In this document: piece after piece, positions 7,013-15,054 of the stretch
Layout of the letters: each line of letters begins with the position of its first letter
Numbering within the stretch: position 1 is the first letter of the stretch
Virus record (IMG/VR): IMGVR_UViG_3300032277_000052
Location: 1-30,590 of that record
Direction: 5' to 3' (one strand)
Origin: a virus
Taxonomy: Duplodnaviria; Caudoviricetes
DNA: 30,590 bases
Notes under the pieces: model-generated
Database searches by the model: none
Told to the model about the DNA's origin: nothing
What the model saw: the letters and a program-made list of their open reading frames with translations, nothing else
Program-made: the position numbers and the translations under genes

Positions 7013-7694
7013 AAATTCAAAGGTTAGTCCCGTAGTGCTTATTTACGGCGCGGCGGGAGTTGGTAAAAGCTATCTTGCTAATCCTGAAAATTGCGACAGG
7101 CCGATTGTAATTGACCTGGACAAAGGTCTAAGCAGTCTACGTCAATTTGACGTTCCTTTTGTTTCAATTAACAGTGCCAATGATATTCAGGATTGTTTGA
7201 ACCAAGCAAAAGGAAACTTTGGTTACGCAGATGGTCAAGGATTTAAAACAATAATCCTAGATGATTTGACGGAAATGGGCATGATGTGGCTGAGGCAAAA
7301 TAAGGCATCGTTTAAAAATCTTATGCAGGCTTATGGCGAAATGGCAGATTGGTCGATGCAAATCATCCATGAATTTCGAGCATTGTCCGAATTTGGTTTT
7401 AATGTGGTCTTTCTTTGCAAGGAAGAAAAGATTCAGGACCACTCAACAGGTGGTTTAATTTGGGGTCCGCAATTTCCAGGCAAACAAATTCAGTCAATGC
7501 TTGACTATTTAGTTGGCGAAGTTTTCCACATGGAAATTTACGTTGACCCTGCTGACGAAAGTCAGCAAAAGCACAGAGTTTTTCGGACTGTGCGAACTCC
7601 GCAAATTGCGGCAAAAAGTAGGTACGGTAAATTTGGCGAACTTGAATACGCCAATTTAAATTCAATTTTTTCACGAATGAAAGAGGAAGTTTAG
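6993..7694 (+). CDS. Sak4-like / AAA_24 P-loop ATPase (putative ssDNA-annealing recombinase)
   Basis: Walker A YGAAGVGKS, Walker B TIILDDLTE, C-terminal AKSR; start placed at ATG 6993 after AAGGA. Confidence 0.85.
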   Translation: MQIQTTKNSKVSPVVLIYGAAGVGKSYLANPENCDRPIVIDLDKGLSSLRQFDVPFVSINSANDIQDCLNQAKGNFGYADGQGFKTIILDDLTEMGMMWLRQNKASFKNLMQAYGEMADWSMQIIHEFRALSEFGFNVVFLCKEEKIQDHSTGGLIWGPQFPGKQIQSMLDYLVGEVFHMEIYVDPADESQQKHRVFRTVRTPQIAAKSRYGKFGELEYANLNSIFSRMKEEV

Positions 7695-7695
7695 T

Positions 7696-8349
7696 ATGAA
7701 TGATTTACTCGCAGGTTTTAATCCCCTTGAAGTCCAACCCGCATCTGGGGGTGGAGGTAATTTACCGGTCAGTGATGCGAACGGTCACCTGGTCGTAATC
7801 GAATCGGCAGAGTTTAAACCTTTTGCTGATGCGTCAGCGGGACATCGGCTTGTTTTTACTCTTAGAATTACAGAAGGTGCTTTAGCTGGCACAACTGGTT
7901 TCTACAGTTTGAATATTGGTCATCTCCGATCTGCGGAAGCAGTCAATATTGCTCGCGCTGATCTCTCAGCAATTTGTCATTGCTGCGGGTTCCTTCAGCC
8001 GTTGCAGCAACCACTGTGCGGCGATCTTTACAACCGTCCATTCCGAGTTGTTGTCGGATTGCAAAAGGGCGAGGAGGCAGCAGCAAAAGGTTACACCGAG
8101 GTTAAGAAGATTCTTGACCCGCAGGGCAACCGAGCAGGTCAACAAAAAGCAAATCCTGCCGCAATGTCACCGGCAGGCAACTCTGCACCCGCACCTAGTC
8201 CAGTTGCACCTGCACCTGCTCCTGCTCCGGTCGCATCTGCACCTGCCCCGTCAACTATGTCAGGAATCATAAACTCCATTGAGTCAAACAGTGGTGGTGA
8301 TAAAAATGCCGGTTCTGCCACGCCTGGTTGGGCAAGACCTCCCCAGTAA
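7696..8349 (+). CDS. DUF669-like putative ssDNA-binding protein
   Basis: LP...HLVVIESAEFK..LNI...A...L..IC...YTEVK pattern, Pro/Ala linker and PGW tail; follows the Sak4-like gene. Confidence 0.75.
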   Translation: MNDLLAGFNPLEVQPASGGGGNLPVSDANGHLVVIESAEFKPFADASAGHRLVFTLRITEGALAGTTGFYSLNIGHLRSAEAVNIARADLSAICHCCGFLQPLQQPLCGDLYNRPFRVVVGLQKGEEAAAKGYTEVKKILDPQGNRAGQQKANPAAMSPAGNSAPAPSPVAPAPAPAPVASAPAPSTMSGIINSIESNSGGDKNAGSATPGWARPPQ

Positions 8350-8370
8350 TTTTTTAATTTAAACTGTAAC

Positions 8371-8404
8371 GCTAGGTAGGGTAAAATCTACCTAGCTTTT
8401 TTTT
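8371..8404 (+). terminator. Intrinsic terminator
   Basis: GCTAGGTAG / CTACCTAGC 9-bp stem followed by T8. Confidence 0.85.
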
Positions 8405-8415
8405 GGAGAACAATA

Positions 8416-9291
8416 ATGAAGTTTGATCCTGACAACAAAAACGATGTCGATCTACTTGTTGATACAATTGATGCACAAATCGAGGATGCTTCAGTTGAAA
8501 TATTTGAGGCCGGACATCGAGATCATCTCGGTGCGAGTTTGATTGGAGATTCTTGCAGCAGGAAGTTGTGGTATTTGTTTCGTTGGGTAAAGCCAGCAAA
8601 GTTTGATTCTGCCACGCGAACTCAAGGGCAGGTTCTTAGATTGTTTAATCGAGGTCACAGGGAAGAACCTGCGATAATTAAACTTTTGGAAAAGTCAGGG
8701 CATCGTTTTTTGCCAGTTCCAGATGGGCAAGATCAGCACAGGATTACACTTAAATGCAATGGTCATTTTGGTGGGTCGCTCGATGCAATTGGTTACCTAC
8801 CAGAAATTTTTAATTTTGACGATCAAGTGTTGTATGAGTTTAAGACTGCTGGAGAGACTCAGTTTCGACGATTAAAGAAGGCGGGGGTTAAAGCTGACAA
8901 GCCATTGCATTGGGCGCAGATGTGCGTTTACGGTAACGATAAAGGTATTCATCACGCATTGTATCTTTGCGTTAACAAAAACACTGACGAAATTTACATT
9001 GAGTTTTTAGTTTTGGATTGGAATCTTGCCGAAACAATGGAAATGAAAGCGGAAGCAATTATTGAAGCTGACGAAGCTCCGGCAAAAATTGCAATGTCTG
9101 CAAGTCATTTTGTTTGCAAGTGGTGTAACTTTAAAGATGTTTGTCATTACGACGAACCAGTAGACGTAAATTGCCGTTCTTGCAAGCATTCAAAAGCTGT
9201 TGAAAACAGTCAATGGAAATGCAAATTAGCTGACCAGGTAATTCCTAAAGATGTGGTAAAATTAGGTTGCGAACTACATGAGGGCATTTAA
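8416..9291 (+). CDS. PD-(D/E)XK exonuclease, Cas4/AddB-like with Cys cluster
   Basis: GASLIGDSCSRKLWY, GSLD, YEFKT, QMCVY and CKWCNFKDVC, plus an extra C-terminal CRSC..WKC..GC.LH module. Confidence 0.88.
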   Translation: MKFDPDNKNDVDLLVDTIDAQIEDASVEIFEAGHRDHLGASLIGDSCSRKLWYLFRWVKPAKFDSATRTQGQVLRLFNRGHREEPAIIKLLEKSGHRFLPVPDGQDQHRITLKCNGHFGGSLDAIGYLPEIFNFDDQVLYEFKTAGETQFRRLKKAGVKADKPLHWAQMCVYGNDKGIHHALYLCVNKNTDEIYIEFLVLDWNLAETMEMKAEAIIEADEAPAKIAMSASHFVCKWCNFKDVCHYDEPVDVNCRSCKHSKAVENSQWKCKLADQVIPKDVVKLGCELHEGI

Positions 9292-10943
9292 TGTTTATTC
9301 CACGACCATATCAATCAGAAGCAGTTGTCTCTTTATTTGAATACTTTAATCAGCACACAGGTAATCCGTTAATTGGATTGCCCACAGGTACTGGTAAAAG
9401 TGTAATTCCTCCGATGTTTATGAGCCAGGCTTTTGGTCAATTTCCAAACAGCAAGTTCCTTCTCTGCACTCATGTCAAAGAGTTAATTTCTCAAAATGAG
9501 CGAGCATTAAAAAGAATTTGGCCTACTGCTCCAATCGGAGTTTGTTCATCGGGTCTAAGTCGATGGGAACCATACGCTCCAATCGTTTATGCAGGTGTTG
9601 CATCGGTTTACAAAAAGTATCAGCAACTCGGTCATGTTGACTTGATGTTTATTGACGAAGCTCATTTGCTTGCACCAAATGACAACACGATGTACCAAAA
9701 GTTAATTGTGGGTTTAAGGCAGATTAATCCTAATATGAAAGTCATTGGCTTGTCGGCAACTCTTTTTCGAATGGGACAAGGAATGCTTACCGATGGCGAT
9801 GACTCAATGTTTACGGACGTTTGTTATGACAAAACATCTATGGAAGAATTTGTTTCGTTTATCGACGATTATTATTTGTCGAATCTGATTACGCCAATGA
9901 CTCAAAATATCATTGATGTGAGTGACGTAAGGCAACTTGCAAACGACTTTAATCAAAAAGACCTACAACTTGCTGTCGATAAAGATTCCGTCATTAGAGA
10001 GTCACTGACAGAGGCTTGTGACGTTGCGAAGGATCGCAAATCGTGGATGGTTTTTGGCGCAGGTGTCGATAACTGTGAGCATATCAATACGATGCTAAAC
10101 GAAATGGGAGTCCCATCGACGGTAGTTCATTCAAAGATGGACGATGACGAAAGAGACAGGCGATTGGCATTGTTTCAAAGCGGAACTTTTCGGGCAGTTG
10201 TTAGTTACGGAATTTTGACAACTGGATTTGATCACCCACAGGTTGATTGCATTGTCGATTTGCGACCAACGACATCTGTCGTATTGCATATTCAGAAGTA
10301 TGGGAGAGGCACTCGACCGTATTATCACCCCGACTGGTCATTTGATCGACTGAGAGACAAAGAGGAACGCAAACAGGCGATGATTGCTGGTGGAAAAGAG
10401 AATTGCTTAATCCTAGACTTCGCTGGCAACACTGCGAGGCTCGGACCGATTAACGATCCGAGAGTTCCGAAGAAGAAAGGCAAAGGCACTGGCGAAGTTC
10501 CGGTGAAACTTTGCCCAGAGTGCGATGGCTACAATCATACTACAGCAAAGTTTTGCGATATTTGTGGATTCGAATTTGTATTTCGGGTCAAGATTAAACC
10601 AAAAGCCAGCGAAGAAATTGTCATTAAGCGTGATGAACCGGACATGCACTTGTTTCCAGTCGAACATGTAACGCACCAAATTCATCGCAAGAAAGCCATA
10701 CCCTCTCTCAAGGTCACTTACTTCACCCCAGAGATGCGAGGTTTCCCCGTTTGGCTATGCTTTGAACACAAAGGTTTAGCTCGTCACAAAGCCCATGAAT
10801 GGTGGAGACAACATCATGGCGATGACATACCGGACTCTGTTGATAAAGCAGCGGAGATGTTTGACCAATGTCGTCGAGCAGCAAAAATAAAAGTCAAAAT
10901 TCCGAGCAAAGGTTACCCTGAAATAATGGAGTATATGTTTTGA
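9291..10943 (+). CDS. Superfamily 2 DEAH helicase (RadD/YejH-like) with zinc ribbon
   Basis: PRPYQ, PTGTGKS, DEAH, SAT, LTTGFD and QKYGRGTR motifs; CPEC...CDIC. Confidence 0.95.
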   Translation: MFIPRPYQSEAVVSLFEYFNQHTGNPLIGLPTGTGKSVIPPMFMSQAFGQFPNSKFLLCTHVKELISQNERALKRIWPTAPIGVCSSGLSRWEPYAPIVYAGVASVYKKYQQLGHVDLMFIDEAHLLAPNDNTMYQKLIVGLRQINPNMKVIGLSATLFRMGQGMLTDGDDSMFTDVCYDKTSMEEFVSFIDDYYLSNLITPMTQNIIDVSDVRQLANDFNQKDLQLAVDKDSVIRESLTEACDVAKDRKSWMVFGAGVDNCEHINTMLNEMGVPSTVVHSKMDDDERDRRLALFQSGTFRAVVSYGILTTGFDHPQVDCIVDLRPTTSVVLHIQKYGRGTRPYYHPDWSFDRLRDKEERKQAMIAGGKENCLILDFAGNTARLGPINDPRVPKKKGKGTGEVPVKLCPECDGYNHTTAKFCDICGFEFVFRVKIKPKASEEIVIKRDEPDMHLFPVEHVTHQIHRKKAIPSLKVTYFTPEMRGFPVWLCFEHKGLARHKAHEWWRQHHGDDIPDSVDKAAEMFDQCRRAAKIKVKIPSKGYPEIMEYMF

Positions 10944-11131
10944 ACGAAGAAGAAGAACGTAAACGGGAAAACGAAAAATGGTTACATCACAAATGTCAAA
11001 TGGAAGCGGAGCTAAAGGAGTACGCTGAAAACGTAGGTAATTTTTATAATCATTTAGTCGGTATGGGTCTTCCACCGGATCATGCCTGTGCCATTACAAG
11101 TTCTAAAGTTCATGCCGAAGGGAGAGATTGA
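10940..11131 (+). CDS. Hypothetical protein (63 aa)
   Basis: TTG start overlapping the helicase stop, GGAG upstream; FYNHLVGMGL pattern. Confidence 0.65.
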   Translation: MNEEEERKRENEKWLHHKCQMEAELKEYAENVGNFYNHLVGMGLPPDHACAITSSKVHAEGRD

Positions 11132-11352
11132 TGTTGTATTACATTTCAATTTCAATTTTAGTTGTTTTGTTCATTGCGTTTGCAATTCATTTTGTAAATT
11201 TCCAAAAAACTCGTTGCCGTTACTCGGAGTCTGGTTCTGATGCTCACGACTGGAGTTTCTGGGAAACAAAATGGGACAAAATGATTCAGCACCGTTATTG
11301 TGAATGTTGCAATTTAGTTGAGGTTAAGAAACTTGATGGAAAAACAAAATAA
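11131..11352 (+). CDS. Small membrane-anchored protein with possible Zn site
   Basis: Hydrophobic N-terminus, then C...HDW..W...RYCECC; TGATG coupling with the upstream gene. Confidence 0.7.
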   Translation: MLYYISISILVVLFIAFAIHFVNFQKTRCRYSESGSDAHDWSFWETKWDKMIQHRYCECCNLVEVKKLDGKTK

Positions 11353-13222
11353 CACTTTGAGCCGTGAAGAACTGTTTGAAAAAAAACGAACATTCATGTT
11401 TGACATCGAGTGTTATCGTAATTTTTTCCTTGCGTCTTTTATGTGCTATGAAACTGGAAAAACCATTTCTTTTGAACGAAGTCCTAGTTCAGAAATTAAT
11501 CTTGCAGATTTAGACTGGATTCTGAACAATTTTTTAATCGTTGGTTTTAACAGTCGTAACTATGACATCCCGATGCTTTTTGCTGCTCGCGCAGGATTGT
11601 ATACCCATGAGCTAAAAACCCTTAGCGATGAATTAATACTAGAAGATTATCATATTGCCGAAGCTGAAAGGAAATGGAAGTTTAAGGTTGGCTTTTGCAA
11701 TCATGTTGACATTCAAGAAGTTGCCCCTGGTGTCATGATTGGATTGAAACATTACGCCGGAAGGATGCACTTAGAAAAACTTCAAGATTTACCTTTTGAT
11801 CCCAATTCAGATTTGACCGAGGACCAGGCAGCAGAGATTAAAAGTTATTGCAAAAATGATTTAGAGGTAACTGCTTACCTTTACTCTCGTCTTGAGCAAT
11901 CTATCAAGCTGCGAGAGCAAATGGGTTTAGATTATGAACTTGATTTGCGCTCGAAGTCAGACGCTCAGATTGCGGAATCAGTCCTAAAAAATGAAATAGA
12001 AAGTCGGAAATGCAAAAGGATTTCACGGCCTAAAAAAGATCGGACCGCAATCCTGAAATACAAAGTTCCTGATTACATTAAAGCAAAAACAGAGTCTCTT
12101 AAATCAATTGTTAAACTTGTAAAGAATGCTGAATTTAATCTTGATGAAGGTGGAAGGCCGAAAATGCCTGACGCAATCCGAAAGGCTAAAATTCAGATCG
12201 GAAACTCGGTTTACAACATGGGCATTGGAGGTTTGCATTCAACAGAGAAGAAGCAGTGTTTTGTTTCCAATGATGAATACATTCTGATTGACCGAGATGT
12301 AGCATCTTATTACCCACAGATTATTTTAAATCAAAAGTTGTACCCTGATCACATCGGCAAAGAGTTCCTGGACGTTTATCAATCAATTGTAGACAAAAGA
12401 CTAAAGGCGAAAGCAACGCCAGGAAAAATCGCCAAAAGCACTGCCGATAGCTTGAAAATTACTATTAATGGAGCATTTGGCAAGTTGGGTAGCGAATACT
12501 CATGCCTCTATGCTCCCCAGTTGCTCTTACAGGTCACTTTAACTGGTCAGCTATCTTTGCTGCTTTTAATTGAAATGATCGAAAATAGGGGCATCTCCGT
12601 TGTTTCAGCGAATACTGACGGGATAGTTGTCAAATGTCCGATTTACAGGCAGTGCGATTTACAAGAAGAAGTTAGCCGCTGGGAAAAAGTCACGCAATTT
12701 ACTACCGAAGAAACCGTTTACAAAGCTATCTATTCGCGAGATGTAAACAACTACATTGCCATTGGCGATCAAGGCGATTTTAAAGCCAAGGGCAGTTACG
12801 TTTGCGATCTTTCAATGAAAAACAAAGATCGGGAATCGTTAATGAAAAATCCAGAATTTACGATTTGCAACGAAGCAGTAATGCTGTTTTTGCGTGATGG
12901 CACTTCGATAGAAAAGACAATACGGACTTGCCAGGATATTTGCAAATTTGTTGCGGTTCGCAAAGTCAACGGTGGCGCAGTTAAAAACGGAAATTATCTC
13001 GGCAAGGTTGTTCGTTGGTACATTCAAGAAGGCGAGTTCGGGATAATCGAATACGCTAAAAACGGAAACAAGGTTCCTAACAGCGATGGTGGATGCCCAG
13101 TAATGAACTTTGGAGATTTTCCAAATGACATTAATTACGAGTGGTATCACGAACGATGTTTTGGAATATTGAAAGACTTAGGTTACGGAAGAAAAGTTGA
13201 AACCCAGCTAGGATTATTTTAA
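11336..13222 (+). CDS. Family B DNA polymerase with 3'-5' exonuclease domain
   Basis: ExoI FDIECY, ExoII GFNSRNYD, ExoIII YCKND; polymerase motifs DVASYYP, KITINGAFGK and NTDG; start estimated at MEKQ after GAGG. Confidence 0.93.
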   Translation: MEKQNNTLSREELFEKKRTFMFDIECYRNFFLASFMCYETGKTISFERSPSSEINLADLDWILNNFLIVGFNSRNYDIPMLFAARAGLYTHELKTLSDELILEDYHIAEAERKWKFKVGFCNHVDIQEVAPGVMIGLKHYAGRMHLEKLQDLPFDPNSDLTEDQAAEIKSYCKNDLEVTAYLYSRLEQSIKLREQMGLDYELDLRSKSDAQIAESVLKNEIESRKCKRISRPKKDRTAILKYKVPDYIKAKTESLKSIVKLVKNAEFNLDEGGRPKMPDAIRKAKIQIGNSVYNMGIGGLHSTEKKQCFVSNDEYILIDRDVASYYPQIILNQKLYPDHIGKEFLDVYQSIVDKRLKAKATPGKIAKSTADSLKITINGAFGKLGSEYSCLYAPQLLLQVTLTGQLSLLLLIEMIENRGISVVSANTDGIVVKCPIYRQCDLQEEVSRWEKVTQFTTEETVYKAIYSRDVNNYIAIGDQGDFKAKGSYVCDLSMKNKDRESLMKNPEFTICNEAVMLFLRDGTSIEKTIRTCQDICKFVAVRKVNGGAVKNGNYLGKVVRWYIQEGEFGIIEYAKNGNKVPNSDGGCPVMNFGDFPNDINYEWYHERCFGILKDLGYGRKVETQLGLF

Positions 13223-13597
13223 ATGGAAAGCAAGCGGCAAAGGAAACTTAGAGAAGACCGAGAGTCTTTAATATCTGCACTAAAGAAATTTCGTTCTATA
13301 GATAAAGTTGCTAAGGCACTTGGTAAGTCTCGAAGTTCAATCAAATCAGCAGCATACGCTTTAAAGAAATATGGGCATGAGCTTAGTTTCCTTGAAGATG
13401 GGAATGACTACAACAAAGAAGTCTACGAACCAAGCCCAGAGCAAATTGCAGAGGCTTGCCAAGAGATTAGATCAAACTGGTCAAAGCACGACAGACGTAG
13501 GAATTTAAGGTCGGATTGGAAAGCCAAACCTGTGGAATTAAAAAGTGTCGAATATCGAGTGCATCAAAAACTTTCATCTTCAATGGGAAACGATTAG
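13223..13597 (+). CDS. HTH-like protein with PSPEQI..IR..W motif (paralog of 14764-15054)
   Basis: SIDKVAKALGKSRSSIKSAAYALKK helix-turn-helix pattern. Confidence 0.75.
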   Translation: MESKRQRKLREDRESLISALKKFRSIDKVAKALGKSRSSIKSAAYALKKYGHELSFLEDGNDYNKEVYEPSPEQIAEACQEIRSNWSKHDRRRNLRSDWKAKPVELKSVEYRVHQKLSSSMGND

Positions 13598-13602
13598 TTA
13601 AA

Positions 13603-13788
13603 ATGAACTTTGAAATAACAGGTGGCGTTCCCGAAGGATACAAAGCGATTGGTTATCGAAAAGTAAAAAAGGGCGAACTGTATTTAGTTGTTGGTCGAGA
13701 AAGAAATTACTCAATGAAATGGCACTCTAACGTAGAAAGTTTTGTTGAAGTAGTAATTTTAGTAAAGAACAAACAGGAATTGGAATGA
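13603..13788 (+). CDS. Hypothetical protein (61 aa)
   Basis: ATG 13603 avoids overlap with the upstream gene; VPEGYKAIGYRKVKKGE; ATGA overlap with the next gene. Confidence 0.65.
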   Translation: MNFEITGGVPEGYKAIGYRKVKKGELYLVVGRERNYSMKWHSNVESFVEVVILVKNKQELE

Positions 13789-14489
13789 TTTGTTACGTTG
13801 CTGCCAATGCAAACATGCTTTTGGGTTATCTTGCCGGTAAGCATGAAGGTAAAATAGGAATGATGGTTTCTCCGGCCACAAACTGGTACAAACAGCACTC
13901 ATTTATTCCTTATTCAATTGATAACGGAATTTATGCAGATACGGTTGCGGGTCGAAAATGGGAATTTGAACCTTTTTTAAAATTGCTTTATAAAGCAAAA
14001 GAATCTCCAGTTGATCCTGAGTTTATAGTAGTTCCAGATGAGTTATTTGACGCTAAAAAGACAAAGGAAAAGTTCAAATATTACAGTGAACATATCAAAA
14101 ATCTTGGTTTTAAATTTCGCTTGGCAATGGCAGTCCAGGATGGCATGACTCCGAACGACATTCCGTCTAAAGATGTTGTTGCATTCATTGGAGGTTCAAC
14201 AAAATTCAAACAAGAAAAAACTGCCGATTTTATTAAAGCTGGATTTGACGTTCATGTAGGGCGTGTAAATACTTTAAAAAGATTATTATGGGCAAAGCAA
14301 CTTGGTTGCGTTTCGGTTGATGGTTCTGGTTGGTTTAGATGTGGAGGAATTGAAAATCAAAATCAACGACCACAAAGAGTAGACGGTTTGATTGATTTTT
14401 TACAATGGCAAGAAAATCCTGTGTATGAAACAAATTTGTTTCAAGAAAAAATACCCTTTATAGGAAAGAAAAATGATCCCAGAAATTAA
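13785..14489 (+). CDS. DpdA/TGT-like (7-deazaguanine transglycosylase-type) TIM-barrel protein
   Basis: Ordered motifs DNGIY, VVPD, AVQDG, FIGGS, VHVGRVN and SVDGSGW parallel the TGT/DpdA motifs DSG.F, D, Q.G, GG, H.LG and S.DS. Confidence 0.7.
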   Translation: MICYVAANANMLLGYLAGKHEGKIGMMVSPATNWYKQHSFIPYSIDNGIYADTVAGRKWEFEPFLKLLYKAKESPVDPEFIVVPDELFDAKKTKEKFKYYSEHIKNLGFKFRLAMAVQDGMTPNDIPSKDVVAFIGGSTKFKQEKTADFIKAGFDVHVGRVNTLKRLLWAKQLGCVSVDGSGWFRCGGIENQNQRPQRVDGLIDFLQWQENPVYETNLFQEKIPFIGKKNDPRN

Positions 14490-14763
14490 ATTAGAACGAC
14501 GAGTCCATTGGAATTATCAAACTGATGATATGAATGGAATTTGCATAATTGCAAAAGACAAGATGACAATTAATTTTAAATTTGAAGCGTTTACTAAAGA
14601 AATTTATGACGTTTTGAAAATAGATAAAGTCATACAGGCTCTTTTAGAAAACCCAGTTTCCGTTGAGGGTTCTCAAGAATTTTTAAAAAATAAATTCCCT
14701 ACAATGGTCGTAACTGTAAGAGGCAGAGCAGTAAGTCACGGGTGGATCGAGGCTAAAAGTTAA
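14473..14763 (+). CDS. Small putative T-fold (QueF-like) protein
   Basis: C-x4-D, then SVE and a C-terminal beta-strand with HG.IE, loosely resembling single-domain QueF-L; overlaps the DpdA-like gene. Confidence 0.4.
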   Translation: MIPEIKLERRVHWNYQTDDMNGICIIAKDKMTINFKFEAFTKEIYDVLKIDKVIQALLENPVSVEGSQEFLKNKFPTMVVTVRGRAVSHGWIEAKS

Positions 14764-15054
14764 ATGGGAAGAAAAAAAATTTGTGACAATTTGGCGATAA
14801 AATTTCAAAATCATTGGAATAAATCAAGCAACACAAAAGAAGTTGCTGAAAAAATGGAAATGACAATTCTTGAAGTTAAGAGAATGGCGTATTCATTGCG
14901 GCGAAGAAAAATAATTTTAAATAATTTTAAAACCACACCTTATAAACTGGCAAATAAAACAATTGACCCAACGCCCGAAGAAATAAAAATTAGGGCCGAG
15001 CAAATAAGAGAAACATGGAAAAAGAAAATTAAGCCGGTTGACGATAAATGCTAA
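14764..15054 (+). CDS. HTH-like protein with PTPEEI..IR..W motif (paralog of 13223-13597)
   Basis: NTKEVAEKMEMTILEVKRMAYSLRR and DPTPEEIKIRAEQIRETW. Confidence 0.75.
   Translation: MGRKKICDNLAIKFQNHWNKSSNTKEVAEKMEMTILEVKRMAYSLRRRKIILNNFKTTPYKLANKTIDPTPEEIKIRAEQIRETWKKKIKPVDDKC

Noticed and set aside
8416-9291. Cas4 as evidence of a CRISPR-Cas system
   Set aside because: It sits in a standard Sak4-SSB-exonuclease-helicase phage module; solo Cas4-like nucleases are common in phages.
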